Made by a program: the position numbers and the translations under genes. Shown here piece after piece: positions 55,585 through 64,000 of a stretch of DNA of 64,000 nt. The notes under the pieces were generated by a model. The model saw only the letters and a program-made list of their open reading frames with translations. It had not been told where the DNA came from and ran no database searches. This DNA comes from Phyllobates terribilis (taxonomy: Eukaryota): positions 194,618,001 through 194,682,000 of the forward strand of contig NW_027362770.1 of assembly GCF_046119375.1 (NCBI RefSeq), written 5' to 3'. Within the stretch, counting starts at the first letter, position 1; each line of letters opens with the position of its first letter.

Positions 55585-57270
55585 CATACCCCATGCCCCC
55601 TCACACCAGCCCCCTGGATGCCCCTCTACATACCCCAAGCCCCTCACACCAGCCACGCAGCCTCCTGGATGCCCCTCCACATACCCCATGCCCCCTCAAA
55701 CCAGCCACGCAGCCCCCTGGATGCCCCTCTACATAACCCATACCCCTCACAACAGCCACACAGTCTCCTGGATGCCCCTCTACATACCCCATGCCCCCTC
55801 ACACCAGCCCTCTACATGCCACTCTACATATCCCATGCCTCCTCACACCAGCCACACAGCCCCCTGGATGCCCCTCTACATATCCCATGTCCCCTCACAC
55901 CAGCCCTCTGGATGCCACTCTACATATCCCATGCCACCTCACACCAGCCCCCTGGATACCCTTTACATACCCCATGCCCCCTCACACCAGCCACGCAGTC
56001 TCCTGGATGCCCCTCTACATAACCCATACCCCTCACACCAGCGACACAGTCTCCTGGATGCCCCTCTACATACCCCATGCCCCCTCACACCAGCCCTCTA
56101 CATGCCACTCTACATATCCCATGCCTCCTCACACCAGCCACACAGCCCCCTGGATGCCCCTCTACATATCCCATGTCCCCTCACACCAGCCCTCTGGATG
56201 CCACTCTACATATCCCATGCCACCTCACACCAGCCCCCTGGATACCCTTTTACATACCCCATGCCCCCTCACACCAGCCACGCAGTCTCCTGGATGCCCC
56301 TCTACATACCCCATGCCCCCTTACACCAGCCCTCTACATGCCACTCTACATATCCCATGCCTCCTCACACCAGCCACACAGCCCCCTGGATGCCCCTCTA
56401 CATATCCCATGTCCCCTCACACCAGCCCTCTGGATGCCACTCTACATATCCCATGCCACCGCACACCAGCCCCCTGGATACCCTTTTACATACCCCATGC
56501 CCCCTCACACCAGCCATGCAGTCTCCTGGATGCCCCTCTACATAACCCATACCCCTCACACCAGCCACACAGTCTCCTGGATGCCCCTCTACATACCCCA
56601 TGCCCCCTCACACCAGCCACGCAGTCTCCTGGATGCCCCTCTACATACCCCATGCCCCCTTACACCAGCCCTCTACATGCCACTCTACATATCCCATGCC
56701 TCCTCCCACCAGCCACACAGCCCCCTGGATGCCCCTCTACATATCCCATGTCCCCTCACACCAGCCCTCTGGATGCCACTCTACATATCCCATGCCACCT
56801 CACACCAGCCCCCTGGATACCCTTTTACATACCCCATGCCCCCTCACACCAGCCACGCAGTCTCCTGGATGCCCCTCTACATACCCCATGCCCCCTTACA
56901 CCAGCCCTCTACATGCCACTCTACATGTCCCATGCCTCCTCACACCAGCCACACAGCCCCCTGGATGCCCCTCTACATATCCCATGTCCCCTCACACCAG
57001 CCCTCTGGATGCCACTCTACATATCCCATGCCACCTCACACCAGCCCCCTGGATACCCTTTTACATACCCCATGCCCCCTCACACCAGCCACGCAGTCTC
57101 CTGGATGCCCCTCTACATACCCCATGCCCCCTCACACCAGCCCTCTACATGCCACTCTACATATCCCATGCCTCCTCACATCAGCCACACAGCCCCCTGG
57201 ATGCCCCTCTACATATCCCATGTCCCCTCACACCACCCACACATCCCCTCCCTGGATGCCCCTCTACATA
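55585..57270. repeat. C-rich/G-rich minisatellite of mixed ~41- and ~52-bp units; continues at 61011-61215
   Basis: Recurrent CCCCATGCCCCCTCACACCAGCC...CTGGATGCCCCTCTACATA. Confidence 0.93.
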
Positions 57271-60200
57271 GAATCATAGAATCATAGAATGGTAGAGTTG
57301 GAAGGGACCTCCTGGGTCATCTGGTCCAACCCCCTGCTCAAAGCAGGATTCACTAGATCATCTCAGACAGATGTCTGTCCAGCCTCTGTTTGAAGACGTC
57401 CATTGAAGGGGAACTCACCACCTCTCGTGGCAGCCTGTTCCACTCATTAATCACCCTAACTGTCAAAAAGTTTTTTCTAATATCTAATCTGTGTCTCCTC
57501 CCATTTAGTTTCATCCCATTGCTTCTAGTCTTTCCTTGTGCAAATGAGAATAATGATGATCCTTCTACAATGTGACAGCCCTTGACATATTTGTAGACAG
57601 CTATTAAGTCTCCTCTCAGTCTTCTTTTTTGCAAGCTAAACATTCCCAAATCCTGCAACCGTTCCTCATAGGACATGGTTTGCAGACCAGTCACCATTCT
57701 GGTCGCTCTTCTCTGAACTTGTTCCAGTTTGTCGATGTCTTTTTTAAAATGTGGTGCCCAAAACTGTACACAGTATTCCAGATGAGGTCTGACCAAAGAG
57801 GAGTAAAGACCGATAATGACTTCACGTGATCTAGACTGTATGCTTCTGTTAATACATCCCAGAATTGTATTTGCCTTTTTTGCTGCTGCATCACACTGTT
57901 GACTCATGTTCAGTCTATGATCTATTAGTATACCTAAGTCTTTTTCACATGTACTGTTGCTTAGCTCTATTCCTCCCATTCTGTATATGCTTTTTTCATT
58001 TTTATTGCCCAGATGTAGTACTTTGCATTTTTCCCTGTTAAAAACCATTCTGTTGGTTGCTGCCCACTGCTCCAGTTTATTTAGGTCTTTTTGAATCCTC
58101 TCTCTCTCTTCTCTAGTATTAGCTATCCCTCCTAGCTTTGTGTCATCAGCAAATTTAATCAGTTTACCCTCAATTCCTTCATCTAAATCATTGATAAAGA
58201 TGTTGAACAATACAGGTCCCAGGACAGAGCCCTGTGGTACCCCACTTGAGACATTCATCCAGCTGGATGTGAAGCCATTTACAACCACCCTTTGAGTCCG
58301 ATCACTAAGCCAGTTATGAATCCACCTAACAGTTGCCTGGTCCATTGCATACTTGGTCATTTTTTCAATAAGGATGGTGTGAGATACTTTGTCAAATGCT
58401 TTGCTGAAGTCAAGATATACTATATCTACAGCATTTCCCTGATCCACCCAGTCAGTGATTCTGTCATAGAAGGAAATTAAGTTAGTCTGACATGACTTGT
58501 TAGTTACAAACCCATGCTGACTCTGGTTAATCACTTCATTCTTATCCATGTACTTACATACATGTTGTTTAATAATTTGTTCAAAGATCTTTCCTGGTAT
58601 AGAAGTCAGACTCACCGGCCTATAGTTCCCTGGGTCCACCTTCTTCCCCTTTTTGAAGATAGGAACAACATTTGCTCTTCTCCAGTCTTCTGGGACTTCT
58701 CCTGTTCTCCAAGAATTTTCAAAGATTATGGAGAGTGGTTCTAAAATTTCTTCTACGATCTCCTTCAGTACTCTGGGGTGTAATTCATCTGGACCTGGAG
58801 ACTTGAACTCATTTATGTTAGCTAAATATTCCCTCACAATCTTTCTGTTTACAGATAACTTGGATTCCTCTATTCCTTTAAAAGGACAGTGAAGATCAGT
58901 TGATGTTACATTTTCTTTCTGAGAGAAAACAGATGCAAAATAGGAATTAAAAAGTTCGGCCTTCTCAACATCCTCTCTTACCATTTCTCCATTTTCATCC
59001 TGTAAAAATCCTATAGCATCTTTGACTTTTCTTTTACTTTTGACATACCCCCAAAATCCTTTTTTATTGCTTTTGACATCTCTTGCAAGCCTTAATTCAT
59101 TGTCAGCTTTAGCTAACCTGATACGTGCCCTGCAGGATCAGCAGACTGCATTATAATCTTCTTTAGATATGCCTCCCTCTTTCCATTTAATAAACATTTC
59201 TTTCTTTCTTTTTAGCATGTGTTTAAGTTCTGTGTTCATCCATCCTGGTTTCCTTAAATGCTTCCCATTCTTCCTACTTTTCGGGATTGTTAACGATTGT
59301 GCTTTGAGAATCTCATTTTTAAAAATTTCCCATCCTTCCTGGACATTTTTGTCCTTAAGGACATCCAGCCATTGGATCCCTCCTACTCTCTTTCTGAGTC
59401 TCTTAAAATCTGCCTTTCTAAAATCTAACCTTGAAGTTTGAGTCTTCACATGTCTTCCTCCTCTAGTTATCCAAAATTCTATAATAGCATGATCGCTGCC
59501 TCCTAGTGTCCCAGCCACCTTTATCTCCTCAACCATTTCCTCCCTGTTTATAAGGATTAGATCCAAAGTAGCAGATCCCTTTGTTTTCTCCCCTACCTTT
59601 TGGAAGATAAAGTTGTCAGCAAGAGAGGATAAGAATTTGCTTGACCTGTTAGTTTTACTTGAGAGAGATTCCCAACAAATGTCTGGATAGTTGAAATCTC
59701 CCATGACCACTACGTCATATTTTTTGGAGAACTTGGTCATTTGATACATAAAGAGTTCATCCATATCTTCAGCTTGCCCAGGTGGCCTGTAGTAAATGCC
59801 TACAATGTTGTCCTTTCCGTTGTTCTCTCCTTGTATTCTTACCCAAACAGTTTCCACAGAACTCCCAGTCTCTGAAGCTTCAATCTCTGTGCAGATATAC
59901 GCTTTTCTAACATACAATGCGACACCTCCTCCTCGTTTATCAAGTCTGTTTCTTGCAAATAAGTTGTATCCTTTTAGCCTTTTATTCCAATCATGTGTAT
60001 CGTCCCACCAAGTTTCAGTGATTCCAATGACATCATATTCCTTTTCCTGCATTAGTAGTTCCAATTCTCCTTGTTTGTTGCCCATGCTTTGTGCATTTGT
60101 ATAAAAACATTTTAGTTTGTGATTGGTTTCTCTTCCTCCCATATTTTTATTATTTAAATTGTTTTGTCTTTGTTCTTCCTTTCCACTTCCAGTAGCAGAG

Positions 60201-61010
60201 ATCTCAATAGTATTTGTCAGCTGTATGGCTTTTTCTGGCCTTTTGCTTCCCTTCCCACATTGTTCTAGTATAAAGCTCTTCTGATGAGTGTAGCAAGGCG
60301 ACTTCCAAATACATGTTTTCCAGTCTTGGTAAGGTGCACCCCATCTCTAACAAGTAGTCCATCGTATAGGTAATTCATTCCGTGATCCAGAAATCCAAAT
60401 CCTTGTTGACGGCACCATCGACGTAGCCAGTTGTTCACCTGTAGAATCTTATTCCACCTCATTGTTCCATGGCCATCCACTGGGAGGATGGATGAGAAGA
60501 CCACCTGCGCTCCCAATTCTTTCACTTTCTTGCCTAAGTCTTCAAAGTCACTGCAGATGGTTTCCAGGTCCTTTCTTGCGGTGTCATTTGTCCCCACATG
60601 TATTAGCAGGAATGGGTAGTGATCTGTAGGTCTGAAGAGTCTTGATATCCTGTCAGACACATCTTTAATTTTTGCTCCTGGAAGACAGCACATTTCTCTT
60701 GAGGTTATGTCTGGTCTGCAGATAGCGGCCTCTGTTCCTCTTAACAGGGAATCCCCCATGACCACCACTCTCCGTTTTTTCTTCACAATATTCTTCTTTC
60801 TCCATCCAGGAGGATTCTGAGGGCTTACAAGGTTATTCATTGCTGGCAAAGTCTTATTTTGCTGTATTTCTTCATGGTGCTCCTGCGTGAGAGCCTGGTA
60901 CTGGTTCCTGAGCAGTATGGGTGCTGACTGCCTCTCGATCCTCCTGCTTCTGTGGGTCACAGGCTTCCATTCCTCTGTTTCGTCAGGTGCAGTTCGAATT
61001 TCTTCTCTTA
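57267..61010 (-). mobile_element. Near-complete CR1 LINE: 5'-truncated ORF1 (SGNH esterase) and ORF2 (APE+RT, 60142-57353) with one in-frame stop
   Basis: ORF1 GDSLLRG, GTND, DGVHL. ORF2 YTNAQS, GDFNYP, GGSDH, YLDFSKAFD, FADD. (ATTCTATG)n tail. Confidence 0.95.
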
Positions 61011-61226
61011 TCCCATGACTCCTCACACCAGCTCCCTGGATACCGCTCTACATACCCCATGCCCCCTAACACCACCCACACAGCCCCCTGGATGCCCCTC
61101 TACATACCCCATGCCCCTCACACCAGCCACAAAGCCCCCTGGATGCCCCTCTACATACCCCATGCCCCCACACCAGCCACACAACCCTCTGGATGCCCCT
61201 CTACATACCCCATGCTCCTGATGAGG

Positions 61227-61348
61227 CTGAGTATTGTGTGTGGCCTCCACGTGCCTGTATGACCTCCCTACAAAGCCTGGGCATGCTCCTGATGAGGTTG
61301 TGGATGGTCTCCTGTGGGATCTCCTCCCAGACCTGGACTAAAGCATCT
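61227..61348 (-). mobile_element. Tc1 transposase C-terminal fragment
   Basis: Minus strand DALVQVWEEIPQETIHNLIRSMPRLCREVIQARGGHTQY. Confidence 0.7.
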
Positions 61349-61349
61349 T

Positions 61350-62797
61350 ATTCGGGTGCTTTGCTGCCATGTGCCTGATCAGCATGATGGTGGTGGTCAG
61401 GCTGGTCATTTTGCCACCCCTGCTGATGCTGGCCTGGCAGGTGGTGCAAATGGCCTTTTTGGGGTTATCTGCAGTGTCTTTAAAAAACAACCAGACTTGG
61501 GAAGACCTACCGGTTGTACTGGCAACTTTCTTCGTGTTGGTGTTATGGGGAACGGTTGCCCGCCTCCTGTCTGCGGCCACCACACTGCTTCTTCCTGCCT
61601 GTTGGGGTGTTCTGCCTCCCTCCCCCTGTGTGCTGCTGTCCTCCTGCCAGGTTGGGTCAGTTACTATATCATCCACCACCTCGTCTTCCACTTCCACACC
61701 CTGGTCCTCCTCCTGACTTTCTGGCAATTGTTTCATCATCGTCCACTTCTTGTGACACTTTCCCACCGTCGCCTTCGTGTGACCGCGGCTGCTCAAGTAT
61801 TTTGGCATCTATACAATCTAAATGGAAAAGTGAAGAGTTCTTCAGAGCGTCCAAGTGTGGGATCAGTTGTCTCTGGGCACTCAGCATGGTGGGAGGAAGG
61901 AGGATCAGGGTGAGGAATATGTGGTCCAGACTCACGGCTACTGAGATTTTACCGTGTGGAAGACAGGGTGGTGGTGGTGGTGGCAAAGTGACTGGAAGCA
62001 TTATCCGCTATCCAACCAATAACCTTTTCACACTGCTCTGTGGTCAGTAGTGGTGTTCTGCAATCCCCTAGTAATTGGGACAGGAAGTTTGAGCGAGAAG
62101 ATGTGGGTATTTTTTGCGGCACAATTTCAGCTAGCCCACCGCCTCTGCATGCACCATCACAATCACATCTCCCTTCCTCGTCCCTTGCTACGTGCCTTGC
62201 CCATTTTAGATGGAGGACAATATTTTCCACGTTCACTACAAAAGACTGGATATGAACTGCAGTTGTATGTAATACGTCTGACGGACAACCACGTTTTGAA
62301 ATAGCTGGCTTTTAGGTTACTATTCTTCACAGGGAGCACATGTGAATAGCTTGACCGACACACTGCAACAAACTGCAAATGGAGGCCAATATTTTCCACG
62401 TTCAATACAAATTTCTGGATTTTTATCGCTGTAATATGGAAAGGACCTCGCTGTATTCTGCAGTGCCAACAAGCAAATGAAGTTGAAAAATGGTGTTCTC
62501 TGGATTGCTTTTTAAGCAAATAATCAGGATTAAGATAAAAAAAAATTGCCCTGGCCCCTGATACATGGGGCTATGTCTACAAATATCTATAACAGCAGCA
62601 GCAGACAGAACGTGCAATGGACTTTCTATTGCTGTGTACAATGCACTCTGCCACATACCCTGCCTCCCTGCCTAACTCCTGCTATCACTACTGAATATAT
62701 GCAGCTGGATTAGTCCTCAAAATACTCGCCGAGCTTGTCGAGCACACTGATGCTCGGGCGAGTACTGAGTAGTGGCGAGCATGTTCGCTCATCACTA
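61350..62797 (-). mobile_element. hAT family B copy 3, 5' portion only
   Basis: Left TIR reads TAGTGATGAGCGAACA on the minus strand from 62797. BED finger QVWLFFKDTADNPKKAICTTCQASISRG. Confidence 0.85.
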
Positions 62798-63515
62798 GTA
62801 GAGACCCATAACTTGTTATACAAAATACTTTTTCAAAAACCTTGGTTCAGTGTTGGCTCCAGCACGGAGTCTGCACTAAACCGGGCACATGTCAGCTGAT
62901 CTATACAGCTGAAATGTGCCCGCAACAGCCGCGGGTGGAATCGCGATCCACCCACGACTGCTAACTAGTTAGAGATTGACAGCGGCATTTAACTTGCGTA
63001 AACCTGATGCACATCAATTACCCTGTCCATCGGTCACCCCATCACATGATCGCGGGTCACCGATGGGTTGGTATGACAACCCGGGGTCTGCAGGAGACCC
63101 CTGTGGTTATCATGGCCAAATTGCTATGAGCGCTGACCAGTGATTGGCGCTCATAGTAAGTGAGCATTTCTGCTACAGAGAGGAGATCTGCTCATCGCTT
63201 CATTAACTCCCATGGAGATGATCAAAACAAGCAGAAAGTGTAAAAAAATGTTTTCAAAAATATTAAAAAAATAAAAAATATATAAAAGTTTAAATCACCC
63301 CCCTTTCGCCCCATTCAAAATAAAACAAGAATCACACATACACATATTTGGTATCGCCGCCTTCAGAATCGCCCGATCTATCAATATAAAAAAAAATTAA
63401 TCTGATCGGTAAAAGGTGTAACAAGAAAAAATTCTAAACGCCAGAATTACGTTTCTGGTCACTGAAACCTTGCAATAAAATACATTAACGGGCGATCAAA
63501 ACATCTACACCAAAA

Positions 63516-64000
63516 TCTATATATATATAATCGTCTTATCCCGTCTGTCTGTCCAGGAAATCCCGCGTCGCTCATTGGTCCGGCAGCGGCCAATCAGCGA
63601 TGCGGCATTTCTGAAAAAAGATGGCGGCCGTTAGCGGCTCATCTGCGGGACGGAGCTCAGTGGCGATGCAGCCGGGAGATGACCGGCGCGAGGCGCTCAT
63701 CTCCCGACCACCGGCGCCGCTGACCTCCATGCAGCTAGGGTGTCAAGGGAGGACCGAGGAGCGGCGCTGTGGGTCGGGATACTTCTGCTGCGAGCAGTCG
63801 CTCATGTCCCGGGTTCTCGCAGCGGAAGTAGCTGCACAGGCAGCGGCGCTCCCCGATCCTCACCAATACGATTCGCTGATTGGTCGCGGTCTCCGCACCC
63901 GACCAATCAGTGATCTTGGCGCAAAAGTTAAACACCGCTGTGCTGATTGGTCGCGGCCGCTGCCCTCGACCAATTACCAATTTGGGCGCCACATTTAAAT
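63516..64000 (+). mobile_element. Non-autonomous Helitron, 5' end, runs off the window
   Basis: A|TCTATATATATATAATC start with a (TCTG)n tract. 63733-64000 closely matches 23493-23760. Confidence 0.65.

Noticed and set aside
55568-57287. Pro/His-rich ORFs of 130-500 aa
   Set aside because: Translations of the C-rich minisatellite in all frames.

Overview
Eukaryotic, transposon-saturated DNA. The repeat landscape looks like an anuran (frog) genome; this is inference from the repeat families, not a database result. The core is a replication-dependent histone cluster. It has intact H4 (27930-28241 +), H1 (34613-35260 +) and H3.2-type H3 (36302-36712 +), each with a promoter and 3' stem-loop. 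H2A (- strand) has lost its start and first ~11 codons and is joined directly to the RT of an internally deleted Gypsy LTR element. No H2B is present. Each histone gene is bordered by its own minisatellite; the one behind H1 is built from the cleavage site plus the U7-binding HDE. The rest is nested hAT, Tc1, Harbinger/Kolobok MITE, Helitron, CR1, L2, Penelope and LTR remnants plus large tandem arrays. The most interesting signals are: the RT-H2A junction, one nucleotide from an in-frame fusion; the ~19-copy HDE array; a 6-kb MITE-bounded composite insertion with an 8-bp TSD that carries a tandem splice-donor array; a perfect 70-bp fold-back insertion; and shared regulatory-like modules downstream of the histone genes. 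I found no tRNA, rRNA or CRISPR features. All coordinates and counts were read by eye and may be off by a few bases.
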